Notes: a model not told the origin generated them from the letters alone. A DNA stretch of 38,993 nucleotides from Octopus bimaculoides (GCF_001194135.2 NC_068982.1:112933474-112972466), one strand, 5' to 3'. Shown: positions 24,887 to 35,544, counted from the stretch's first letter. Numbers and translations: made by a program.

Positions 24887-25100
24887 GCAGAATTTTTAAC
24901 ATGTCGGGCAAAAATGCCTCTCGGCACTTTTTCCGGCTTTACATGCCTGACTCAAATCATAGCAAGATCGACTTAGCTTTTTATCCTTTTATGGTCGATA
25001 AAATAAGAACTAATCAGGCACTGGGGTCGAGGTGATTCATTAATCCATCACTCGCAACACAGAAAATTGCTGGCCTTGTGCCAATGATAGGAAAAATTAT
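24887..25100 (+). mobile_element. Degenerate full-length Nin/Deu-domain SINE
   Basis: Head GGCAGAATTTTTAACATGTCGGGCAAAAATGC..., Nin-like GATCGACTTAGCTTTTTATCCTTTTATGGTCGATAAAATAAGAAC...CACTGGGGTCGA, tail GGCCTTGTGCCAA. Confidence 0.7.
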
Positions 25101-26086
25101 ATCTCCTTCATTACAATTAGAAATGCTGCTCTCTGGCTGGTTTCTTATTCGAAAGGATATTGAATAGTGGAATAGTGAAATTCATGCTTCAGAATATATT
25201 GAACACATTACCACGATTCGTCGTCAGAAAAGTTAGAACGCAAAATCAAAATGACAGCAAATTTAGTAGAATCCAGTTTAAATGTACGTGTTTGTGAAAT
25301 TATTTAACAATGTATCGCCATTATAAATAGGGAAATCAGTCGCAAGGGTTATATGTACTGTTGCGTCTATTTATTTCCTTCTCCATGAATACGTTGTTTT
25401 GCAACCGTGCTTACCTTAACTCTTTTAATAGAGCTTTATTATATATTAATGCACTGAATATTGGATATTCTTTTTGCAGTTGTTTATAACTGTCTCTAAC
25501 ATTAGATCAATGGAAACAACATTCAATCATGAAAACAGATAGGAAAATAATTTTCAGTGTATGACTCTCTTTCAGTTCAGTAATTTGACATATTTAACCT
25601 CTCCGGTCTTTGTATTGATTGTAGCAACTGTATAACAGCCAGTCATTTTGTTTTGAAAAACCGGCGTTAGCTTGGTAATGTACCGAAACAGAAATTAAAG
25701 TAACAAATACTTTTATTACTATTTTATCTAATATTGTGCTTCTTTCAGCAGTAAACAGTAAAGTTACTTTCAACTTACAATTTCGACATGTCACCACACT
25801 CAAATTAATTTTTACTATCATTTGATACTAAAAATAAATCTCATAAGGTAGTAACTAAGTCTGCTTTGAATTACTATTGAATTGATACATCACGATGTAA
25901 CAGACATCATTATCATTCGCTTCTTATTTTTTCTTTCTTTCTTTTTTTTTCATCATTAACATCATCAAAACAGCCGTTACCACTAACATGGCAACTACTG
26001 TCATTGTCGTCACCGTCAGCATCACCGTCGTTGTTATGATGGTTGTCAACACCACATCATCATCATTATTATTATAATCATTATTG

Positions 26087-26623
26087 AATGAGAGAGCAGT
26101 GCATGCCATCAAAGAGACACCGAGGTACAAATAAACGAAGCTCAGTATACTTATTATGACTTCCCGTTTGATAGAGGAAAGCACATGCATCACAAACATA
26201 AGTGCACACCATGGTGATGTCATATCAAGATAAACAGCGCATGACCTTGCAGGTGACGCCAAGTTAGAATTTTCTTCCGCTCGAGTAGACCATCCCGCTG
26301 AAAAGGTCCCTGAATAAGGTTTATTTTAAGGATGATGAAGGAAACACATGTTTCCAGAGGTGAAATATTCAAACCCCAAAGAATTCCTCTCAACACATGC
26401 TCTCCCACTACTTCTGTCGTGATCAGAGATGCATATATCGTCAACCACTAAGGGACATGCCCAACTGGTTATGGTCAAGCAACTGGCAAGCAAATCTGTG
26501 GTACTGAGCAGAATATTTGATGAAGCGCATATTTTACACCAAGACAAAACATGTATCATACATGATAACACTTCCAGTCATTTACGATCAGAAGACATGA
26601 GAGCCAGTACCTGGTATTGCATA
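26087..26623. mobile_element. About 540-bp non-coding interspersed repeat (probable non-autonomous retroposon), copy 1
   Basis: Its ends recur in copy 2 (26624-26735 plus 31393-31470), which ends in (ATT)n. I recall it as a common octopus repeat; no coding similarity seen. Confidence 0.6.
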
Positions 26624-26735
26624 GCAAAGTGACATTGGAGGACAAATATACACATCATGACTACTCGTCTGATAAGGACATCTGCTCTATTGGTTATTAT
26701 CAAGCAAGTGACAAGCAAATCTGTATATTGAGCAG
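26624..26735. mobile_element. Left part of internally deleted copy 2 of that repeat, interrupted by foldback element A
   Basis: CAAAGTGAC..ATCATGACTACTCGTCTGATAAGG matches 26113-26175; AAGCAAATCTGTATATTGAGCAG matches 26488-26510; resumes at 31393. Confidence 0.7.
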
Positions 26736-28200
26736 GAGTGTAGGACAAAGACCTCCTAAGACAAAAGACACAGGAGCAAAAGCTCCTGGGAAAAAAGCCC
26801 CATAGTTAAAGTGTGAAGGTGGACAAAAGCCCCACGAACAAAAGGCCCACGGTTATATTCTTCGATTATTTTTCCGTTCTTTTTTTTTTCACCTTTTACG
26901 TGTTTTAGTCATTATATTGAGTCCACGCTGAGGCACCGCCTTGAAGAATTTTTAGTTGAACGTATCGACCCCAGAACATTTTTTTTACCTCTTATTACTT
27001 GTCGCAGTTATTAGACCGCGACCATGCTGGGGCACCACATTCAAGAATTTTTAGTCGAATGTATCGACGATAGAATTTTTTTATTTTCACTTGTTGCAGT
27101 TATTAGACTGCGGCTATTCTGGGGCACCACCTTGAAGAAATTTTATTCGAATGTAACAATCCCAGAACTTTTTTGAATGATTTTCAACCTGCGCATAAAG
27201 TTAAGCCTAGAAGGTATCTCCACATGCTAGAAATAACAGCCAAATCTCTTGAATTTTTTTTATAACCCCTTCGTTTTTTTTTTATTTTCTAAAAATCTTT
27301 TCATTTGTTTCAGTCATTGGACAGCGGCGATGCTTGGGCCCCAGCTTGAAGAATTTTTGGTCGTAGTAAATTCAGCATTTTAAAATATAATACTTAAAGT
27401 CTTTTGTTTTCTTCTCTTATCACTTACAGATTAATGAGAATAAATTGACCTTTTGAACTTTCTCCGGCCGTTGAAGTTCTAACAGAATTATGGCGCCGAA
27501 TGGCAGTCATTCAAACGCACTTCTTGCTGTTTTTATGTTTTAACAAATTTCCTGAAGTAAATTCTTTCCCGTTTGTTAGAATTCAAACAATACGTACATT
27601 GATTAATAAAGAGTCCTGTGCTCTGTTATTTTATTATTGATGTTATGGTTGATTTATTTTCATTTTAAAATTATAAAATTATGCTAAACACTTGGAAAAT
27701 AATTGTAACACACGGAACATACCATTGTGAGGGTCATAGATGTTTTGTCACCGATTTACGATTGAATATATTTTGTTAACTTAAAAATTGGATTTTGGAA
27801 AATAATTTTATTTTTACAACAACAATTTCTGTTTTGTTTACTTGAAATTATAACAGAAAATTTTGTAATATTTACCTACTATTTCTAGCATGTGCAGGGA
27901 CATTTTAGGCTTAACCCTATGTGCTTGTTGAAAATCACCTAAATAACATTCTGGGGTCGATATATTCGACTAAAAATTCTTCAAGGCGGTGACCCAGTAT
28001 GGCTGCAGTCCAGTAACTGGAAGAAGTAAAAAAGATTTTTTGAAAATATAAAAAAAAGAACGAAGAATAACCAAAAAATATTACCGGAGTAGGAGGGTTA
28101 TAAAAAATTTCAAGAGATTTGGTTCTTATTTCAAGAGATTTGGTTCTTATTTCTAGCATGCTTAACTACAAGCCTTAGTTGAAAATCATCTAAAAAATTT

Positions 28201-28735
28201 CTTTCATGCTTCTATACTGAATACCAGAGCCCTCATTTATTCCGAGGTATTTGTATGTTTGTTCCTGCTCGAGTTCTTTTATAACTGTATCAACTTCTAA
28301 CACCATTGAATGTGAAGTCTTCAATTTCCCTTTCTGGAAATTGACTTTGGCACATTTATCAAGACCAAATTCCATCCCGATGTCATCACTAAATGCTTTC
28401 CCAGTACGTAGTAGTCCTTCAAGCTCATTATCGTCTTTGCCATAGAGTTTTATGTCGTCCATATAAAATATACGACTTATTTTCTTGTCACCAATTTTAT
28501 ACCCATATCCAGTTCTGTTAAGTTCACTTGTAAGAGGTATTAGGGCTGTGCAGGAAATTAAAGGTGAAAGTGAGTCACCTTGGAAAATGTCACAGTTGAT
28601 ATTAATATTTTTGTGGTCAGTCCTCCATTAGAGTGGCATAATTGGTGATTCGTATTCCACGCTGATATGTTGTGCTTCAGGAAGTTTGAAATTACATGAG
28701 AAATTATTTTTATATGGCTGTAAAGAACCCAGAAT
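28201..28735 (-). mobile_element. Internal RT fragment of an R4/Dong-clade LINE embedded in element A
   Basis: WVL...NFLKHNISAWNT, then (frameshift) DIFQGDSLSPLISC, then ORF 28190..28462 YMDDIKLYGKDDNEL...GMEFGLDKCAK...YKYLGI. No 3' end or tail. Confidence 0.9.
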
Positions 28736-29810
28736 TCTTTTTTAAGCTCGAACAAAATCATTTTTATTTTTATTTTTGTTGCAGTTATTAGACTGCGGCC
28801 ATGATGAAGCACCACCTGGAGGAATTTGTAGTCGATTGTATCGACTCCAGAATTTTTTAAGATGATTTTCCACCAGGGCATGAAGTTAAGCATAGAAGTT
28901 CTCTTGACTTGCTAGAAATAACAGCCCAATCTCTTGAATCTCTTTTATAACCCGCCCCCTCGGTTATATTGTTTGGCTACTCTTCGATCTTGCTTATTTT
29001 CTAAAAAACCTTTTTACTTGTTTCAGTCACTAGACTGCGGCCATGCTGGGTCACCGCCTTGAAGAATTTTTAGTCGAATGTATTGACCCCAGAATCATTT
29101 TAAGTGATTTTCAACCAGCACATAATGTTAAGCCTAGATGGTGTCTCCACATGTTAGAAAAAATAGCTAAGTTTTCTAAATTTTTTTTTTATAATTTCAC
29201 GTAAACAAAACGGAAATCGCGGTTATAAAAAAAAATATATTATTTCCCAAAACGCCAATTCTTAAGTAAACAAAATATATTCAATCGCAAAACGGTGTTA
29301 AATCATCTATGTCCCTCACAATGGTATGCTCCGTGTGCTTCAATTATTTTCCTCGGTTTTAGAATAATTTTAAAGTTTTAAATTAAAATAAATTAACTTT
29401 AACATCAATAACAGAATAACCGAACACAAGACACTTTACTACTAATATTGTCTGAATTCTAACAAAAGGGAAAACATTTACTTCAAGAAATGTGTAGAAA
29501 CATAAAAACGATAAGAGGGACGTTTGAAGGACTAAAATGAAAGTAGATATTACACATGTTTCTGAGATGTTTTCTCTTTACAAAACCAGAATGTCATTTT
29601 TATGGAGAAACATCCATCTTCCTATTTAGGCAAACGATAAGTAGTACGTTTCAATGACTAGCCTCGTGTCAGACATTCAACGGTCGGAGAAAGTTCAAAA
29701 GGTCAACTCATTCTCATTAATCTATAAGTACTGAGAGAAGAAAACAAAGACTTTAAATATATATTTTAAAATGCTGAGTTTTCTGCGACCAAAACTTCTT
29801 GAAGCTGGCG

Positions 29811-30010
29811 GGAGAATGTACGAAAAAAAAAACAATAACAGACGAGGACAGGTGGTGTAAACAACAAAAGGATGTATTAGTATGACGCTCGGGAATACGG
29901 AAAGTCTTTAACGTTTCAAACTACGCTCTTCAACAGAAAGAATACGGAGAAAACAAGGAGAAAAACACGGAGAAAAAAAATTGAATGGTATTGGTCAACG
30001 GTCTATCATA
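29811..30010 (-). mobile_element. Penelope-like terminal-repeat fragment inserted in element A
   Basis: Splits a foldback module (…GAAGCTGGCG | GCCCCAGCATGG…). Contains minus-strand TCTTT-CTGTTGA-A-GAGC-GTA-GTTT-GAAACGTT-AAAGA, similar in design to the motif at 22921. Confidence 0.6.
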
Positions 30011-30627
30011 GCCCCAGCATGGATGTAATCCAGTGACTGAAACAAGTAAAAAGATTTTTAGAAAACAAAAAAGCGAGTGAGTTATAAAAGTATTTCAAGA
30101 GATTTGGATGTTATTTCTAGCATCTGGAGATTTCTTCTAGGCGTATCTCCCAGAATGTCTTTTAAATTATTTTCAACTGGCGCATGAAGTTAAGCCTAGA
30201 AGGTATCTCAACAGGCTAGAAATAACAGCCAAATCCCTTGATCGTTTTTTTATAACACCCTCCATTTTTTTTCGTTTTCATTTTCTAAAAATCTCTTTAC
30301 TTGTTTCAGTCATTAGACTGCGGCCATTCTGGGGCGCTGGCTTGAAGAATTTTTAGTCGCGAAAAATCAGCGTTTTAAAAAATATATTTAAAATCTGTTT
30401 TCTTCTCTCGGCACTTACAGATTAATGAGAATAAGCTGACCTTTTGAACTTTCTCCGGCCGTTCAAGGTCTAATAGAATTATGGCGCCGAAGGCTAGTTA
30501 TTCAAACGTACTTCTTATCGATTTTATGTTTCTACACATTTCTTGAAATAAATGCTTTCCCGTTTGTTAGAATTCAGACAATATGTACGTTGAGTAGTAA
30601 AGTCTTGTGGTTTGTTATTCTATTCTA

Positions 30628-31006
30628 CTTACTCTTTACTCTTTTACACGTTTCAGTCATCTGACTGCGGCCATGCTGGAGCACCGCCTTTAGTCGAGCA
30701 AATCGACCCGAGGACTTATTCTTTGTAAGCCTAGTACTTATTCTATCGGTGGCTTTTGCCGAACCGCTAAGTTACGGGGACGTAAAAACACCACCATCTG
30801 TTGTCAACATATACACACACATACATATACATATACATATATACGACGAGCTTCTTTCAGTTTCCGTCTACTAAATCCACTCACAAGGCTTTGGTCGGCC
30901 CGAGGCTATAGTAGAAGACACTTGCCCAAGGTGCCACGCAGTGGGAATGAACCCGGAACCATGTGGTTGGTAAGCAAGCTACTTACCACACAGCCGCTCT
31001 TGCGCC
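30628..31006 (-). mobile_element. Bipartite tRNA-derived SINE inserted in the third core unit of element A
   Basis: Reverse complement of the 15005 copy with a short internal deletion. Confidence 0.92.
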
Positions 31007-31392
31007 TACTAATTTATTTTCGATTGAAAATACTTTGTTTACTTAAAATTTGGAATTTTGGAAAATAAATTTATTTTTACAACTGCGATATCCGTTTATG
31101 TTTATGTGAAACTATAAAAAAATAATAATTTGGCTGTTATTTCTAGCATATGGAGAGACCTTCTAGGCTTAATTTCATGCGCTGGTTGAAAATCATTTCG
31201 AAAAATTCTGAGGTCGATATATTCGACTAAAATTTCTTCAATTTGGTACTCCAGCATGGCCGCAGTCTAATGACTGAAACAAGTAAAAGGTGAAGAAAAA
31301 ATAATAATCAAAAAATATAACCGTGGGGCTTTTGTCCACTTTCATACTTTAACTCTGGGGCGTTTGTCCTAGGGAGCTTCTGTCCTACACTC

Positions 31393-31470
31393 AGATAAAA
31401 CAATGTACATGGTAACACTTACATTCAAAAAGCCTTGAGAGCCAGTGCTTGGTACTGCATCAGGGCATCT
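31393..31470. mobile_element. Right part of interrupted repeat copy 2
   Basis: AGATAAAACAATGTACATGGTAACACTT...TGAGAGCCAGTGCTTGGTACTGCATC matches 26541-26622. Confidence 0.7.
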
Positions 31471-31493
31471 ATTATTATTATCATTATTATTAC

Positions 31494-31541
<48 letters not shown>

Positions 31542-31553
31542 GATTATGATTAT

Positions 31554-31609
<56 letters not shown>

Positions 31610-31610
31610 T
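31470..31610. repeat. Compound (ATT)n(ACT)n microsatellite
   Basis: Direct read. Confidence 0.96.
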
Positions 31611-31611
31611 T

Positions 31612-31735
31612 TATTCAGTCGAGGTCGACTTTGTCTTTAATATTTTCGGGGTCGATAAAAAAGGAGTACCAGTTGAGCACTGAGGTCGATGTAATCGACT
31701 TAATCTCCTCTCCCAAATGTGTCGCCTTGTGCGGT
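31612..31735 (+). mobile_element. Nin/Deu-domain SINE, 5'-truncated
   Basis: GAGGTCGACTTTGTCTTTAATATTTTCGGGGTCGATAAAAAAGGAGTACCAGTTGAGCACTGAGGTCGATGTAATCGACTT. Confidence 0.75.
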
Positions 31736-31744
31736 AGCGGTAGA

Positions 31745-31793
31745 CGTAGTAGTAGTAGAGGTAGTAGTAGTAGTAGAGGTAGTAGTAGTAGAG

Positions 31794-31834
<41 letters not shown>

Positions 31835-31842
31835 TGTTGTTG
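31745..31842. repeat. (AGT)n/(AGG)/(TGT) microsatellite
   Basis: Direct read. Confidence 0.93.
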
Positions 31843-32269
31843 TTTAGGTAATAACAGTAGGTTTTATGTTTATTCCTATAGTTGTCATATTACACTACGT
31901 ATTTTTACCACACAAACACAGATCTGTGCGTCTTTGTATGGACAGTCGGTTGTTTCATTTTGTTTAGTTTCGCTTTTGTGTTGTATTAAGACATCTGAGA
32001 AAATGTGAATGTATCACTCATAAGTTCTATTTTCTGAATGCCGCATGTGTTTTTTTATTTTTCTTGTTCCGGCCTGTTTGTGGACTAATTACCTTCATGT
32101 CTTATTTGTTTTTATCTTTTATTTATATTAATTGTAGTCGAGTTGTAGAAACTATTAATTAGTATTAGAAATTATACAGTTATTGATACATGTGACTTAA
32201 CCCCTTCTCTACGGATCTGTTGGCATGTGGATATTTCCTTGTTTATTGTCTCTTTGATCTTGGTTCCAG

Positions 32270-32275
32270 AATTAT
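32270..32275 (+). other. Candidate 6-nt microexon AATTAT
   Basis: ...CTTTGATCTTGGTTCCAG|AATTAT|GTACGT; about 88 nt free of AG upstream; pyrimidine tract; CTTAAC branch-like motif at about 32196. Confidence 0.45.
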
Positions 32276-32774
32276 GTACGTGATTTGTTTTGCTGTGATT
32301 GGATATGATTTAATTGAGTTGTACTTTTTTTTTTCGTAGTGTTTATAGTTTCATCCATACCCTATTCATTAACATTATTATCAGATATTTTCCGTACCTT
32401 TTTTTCTTATTTACGTTTACGGTATAAGTGTATTATATTAGTAATTTCTTCATAGATCGAAAGAAGCTTTCTAATAATATGCGCTCGGTTCGAATTTGTC
32501 ATTTAATATAAAACAGAAAGTCAGAGAACTTATTAATACAAAATCGGATGGCATTATTAGTTGGTGACGTTAAGAGCTGACATCCATGTGCTGCTTTGGT
32601 AATGTACAGCTTGTAGTGCGTTCATAGGAATGATAATCAATATTGCTTTCCTACAACTACATACCAATATAGAAATTTTATATTTATTGTTTCAGTTCTT
32701 ATCATTTACTATGAAAAAAAAAATCTATAAATATTGCAATTACGAGGAAATGTGCCATTTTGAAAAAATAACAT

Positions 32775-32935
32775 CATCAGTATCATCATTTTCTTGGTCA
32801 TAATTATCATTATAATCATTCTGTCCATCGGCAAATTATCCACGCCATCATCATCATCATAATCATCATCATCATCATCATCATCCTCATCATCATCATC
32901 ATCATAATCATCATCATCGTCATCATCACCGTTAT
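32775..32935. repeat. Imperfect (CAT)n microsatellite
   Basis: Direct read. Confidence 0.92.
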
Positions 32936-33796
32936 CAATGTTAATTTTAATATCAAGCTTAAAATGTTATTCATGTTAATGGTGTTAACGAGACTAAGAA
33001 ATTATCTGTTAACATGCATTAAAATATTGGCTTATTTTTCAGATTTTATTGTTTTAGTCACTGTTTGAAATCATGTAAATATTTTAGAAGAACGCGTAAA
33101 CTAAAATTGTTACAATTTTTATAAGAAAGTTTAATGAATGCTCTGAATTTTGAAGTGGAATTTTCTTTAGGTAAATTTACAAACATTTTATACATTTCTC
33201 TATATGCTATTTCTTAATTTCTAGTTTATTGAAAGGCAAGAATATATTCTGAAGTAAATGATTTCTCGAATAAATGGTTTAAAATTAGATATTTTAAACG
33301 AAATAAATTTTGTATTTCTATTGTACGTTTACTTTGAGCGTTTTCATTGACAAAAAACGGAATACATATTGATTTCAGACATACATATTCTTCTCGTACA
33401 AACACAAGACTGTATCGATGGTATGTTGATTGAGTCAATTTCTATATATGTATAGGTCGCGTATGGATGAAGAGCAAAGTTAACTTGAGCAGGATTTGGA
33501 CTCATAAAGTAAAAAGAAGAAACGTTTGGTCATGTACTCAAATGTTGTGCTATTGACCGCTTCAATACGAACCTCAAGATGAACTTCAAGTTGAAACAAA
33601 AAAAAAGAAAAGAAAAAAACTGAGTTGGGATTCCTTACATATTTCCTTTTATTGCTCCGATAATCCTGTAAACTATTGTGCATAAAATAAAGCAGTTTAG
33701 CAAGTTACAAACATTCTACGCAATGCCATAAATTAAAAAAATGTTTTTCACTTTTTTCTCTGGCAAAATAATGATTCTAACCACTTTCTCTTGCAG

Positions 33797-33801
33797 AGTT
33801 G
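33797..33801 (+). other. Candidate 5-nt microexon AGTTG
   Basis: TTCTAAC (33775-33781)-CACTTTCTCTTGCAG|AGTTG|GTAAGA; about 90 nt free of AG upstream; second pyrimidine tract upstream of the branch site. Confidence 0.6.
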
Positions 33802-34124
33802 GTAAGAATGCGTATTTCTTATTTGTTTACATCTGAATTATTTAAGAGTTAATTTCTGTTCCTTTTCTTTTATATCTATTTTGTTAAGCTACATCGAGGT
33901 TAAGCTACATCCCGTGATACAAACTTAATTCCGCAAACACCGAACTGGTATTTAATGGTCTCGGTCTGGACTTACAGGTTACCCTAGCGTGACCTAGAGG
34001 TACATATGGTTGAATGTAACCTCATTATTCCTACGTCGAGACTCCTCAACGAGATACAGCTTGACGTCATATCGACGACTTTTATCGCCATACCCTAGCT
34101 TCCATCACCAACAGGCTCTGCAGT

Positions 34125-34310
34125 TTCTTTACTGGAATTGGAGTGACTGTGAGTTGCATTAATTAAAAAATCTGTTGTATTGAGAACAGCAAGGATTGTA
34201 AGAAAGGTCCTCGATATCTAAAGAAACTGGTATACAGGTCATTGATTCGGTATCTAGGACAATGACTCCGAATATAAAACATTCGGGAAAAACATGAATA
34301 ATAATAGTTA
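34125..34310 (+). mobile_element. Extreme 3' end of an R4/Dong-clade LINE
   Basis: GIGVTVSCI..KSVVLRTARIVRKVLDI* followed by a short UTR ending GAATAATAAT. Confidence 0.65.
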
Positions 34311-34354
34311 TGAAGAATAATCTTTAATCGCTGTAGCTTCATGGCAATAAGGGT

Positions 34355-34711
34355 GGGGCCATTCCGTCGCTTACGACGTCGAGGGTTGCAGTTGATCCGA
34401 TCAACGGAACAGCCTGCTCGTGAAATTAACGTGCAAGTGGTTGAGCACTCCATAGACACGTGTACCCTTAACGTAGTTCTCGGGGATATTCAGCGTGACA
34501 CAGTGTGACAAGGCTGACCCTTTGAATTAGAGGCACAACAGAAACAGGAAGTAAAAGTGAGAGAAAGTTGTGGTGGAAGAGTACAGCAGGGTTCACCCCC
34601 ATCCTCTGGCGGAGCCTCGTGGTGCTTTAGGTGTTTTCGCTCAATAAACACTCACAACGATCCTATGACAGCGAGTCCGCTGCCCTAACCACTAGGCCAT
34701 TGCGCCTCCAC
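34355..34711 (-). mobile_element. tRNA-derived SINE (third family), B box apparently deleted
   Basis: Minus strand GTGGAGGCGCAATGGCCTAGTGGTTAGGGCAGCGGACTCGC.. (A box and anticodon arm) joined directly to GATCGTTGTGAGTGTTTATTGAGCG, with no GTTCGA-type motif. Confidence 0.85.
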
Positions 34712-35544
34712 TTATCATAGTAATAACTTCATCTATATAACCTGTGAGAACATATGATGGCAGGGTAAAAATTGCACTATTCCAAAGAAAGTTTGTTGCA
34801 ATTTTTCATGAAATGTACACGTGAAAGTCTTCTACTCAGAATACACAACCCTGTAGACTTTTAATCCTTTACTAATAAAATGAAACATATTTTTTTAATG
34901 TTTAAAAGATTAGCTGATATAATATAAAATATTAACAAAATCTAAAACATTAGGTTCCAACAAATATCGATTTTTGTATGCTACCATACTGCTCTTTGAT
35001 AACAGTTCTGTAACTAAAATAGCCTGCAAATGACACTAACACATGAAAGACAACCGAAAAAAATGAAACAAAACCCAAATCATTAAAGGATAGCTAAATA
35101 CAGTGTGAAACAGCTAATGCATATTTATAGATAAGTTAGTCCATTTAATAAGAAGTTATAGGGTAATATAGACCTGCATAACTCTGAACTCATAGATGAA
35201 ATCTCTTTGAGAATAGATATGCTTGATATACGCCACAAAATAATTGAACATGCTTTATCAATTTAGACAGTTGTCACTTTTTTCATGACTTTAGAGGGAC
35301 GTTCAGTAAAGGCGGGATAAGCTTTTGCGGTTATGACGGATGTAGAGCGCAGATAATATAATGTTCACAGTTCGATGTTCATCAACCCATAGATCATTCT
35401 TTTTCGCCCACTATTGCTGGGAAGAGCGTAGGGGCAGATTCCTCATGTTCTTCTTCCATAGGATCCTATCAGCAGCAATCAACATTAGATTTTCCCGCTG
35501 GATTCCTAGGCTTCAGGGTTTTCATGACTGATTGAGGCGGGAGG

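Larger units (their letters stand above)
26736..31392. mobile_element. Foldback (probably MULE-type) element A: three core units in alternating orientation between one pair of TIRs
   Basis: TIRs GAGTGTAGGACA... (26736) and ...TGTCCTACACTC (31392) with GGACAAAAGCCCC subrepeats. Core marker GATTAATGAGAATAA is forward at 27429, reverse at about 29701-29722 and forward at 30420. Confidence 0.85.

Noticed and set aside
26890-27180. CRISPR-like or integron-like reading of the tandem 90-bp modules
   Set aside because: The modules are contiguous diverged SINE-tail copies with no unique spacers, in a eukaryotic context.
28107-28148. Perfect 21-bp tandem duplication ATTTCAAGAGATTTGGTTCTT
   Set aside because: Ordinary slippage inside the foldback; adds nothing beyond the element A finding.
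33161-33176. TTTTCTTTAG|GTAAAT zero-length exon (recursive splice site)
   Set aside because: An AG lies only about 15 nt upstream and the donor is suboptimal; expected by chance in AT-rich DNA.
12773-35367. Identical 18-mer CAGATAATATAATGTTCA at 12773 and 35350
   Set aside because: An AT-rich 18-mer match in 39 kb is plausible by chance, and the flanks do not extend.
35440-35530. Acceptor CTCATGTTCTTCTTCCATAG followed by a short open frame (SYQQQSTLDFPAGFLGFR)
   Set aside because: No credible donor before the stop and no recognisable homology.
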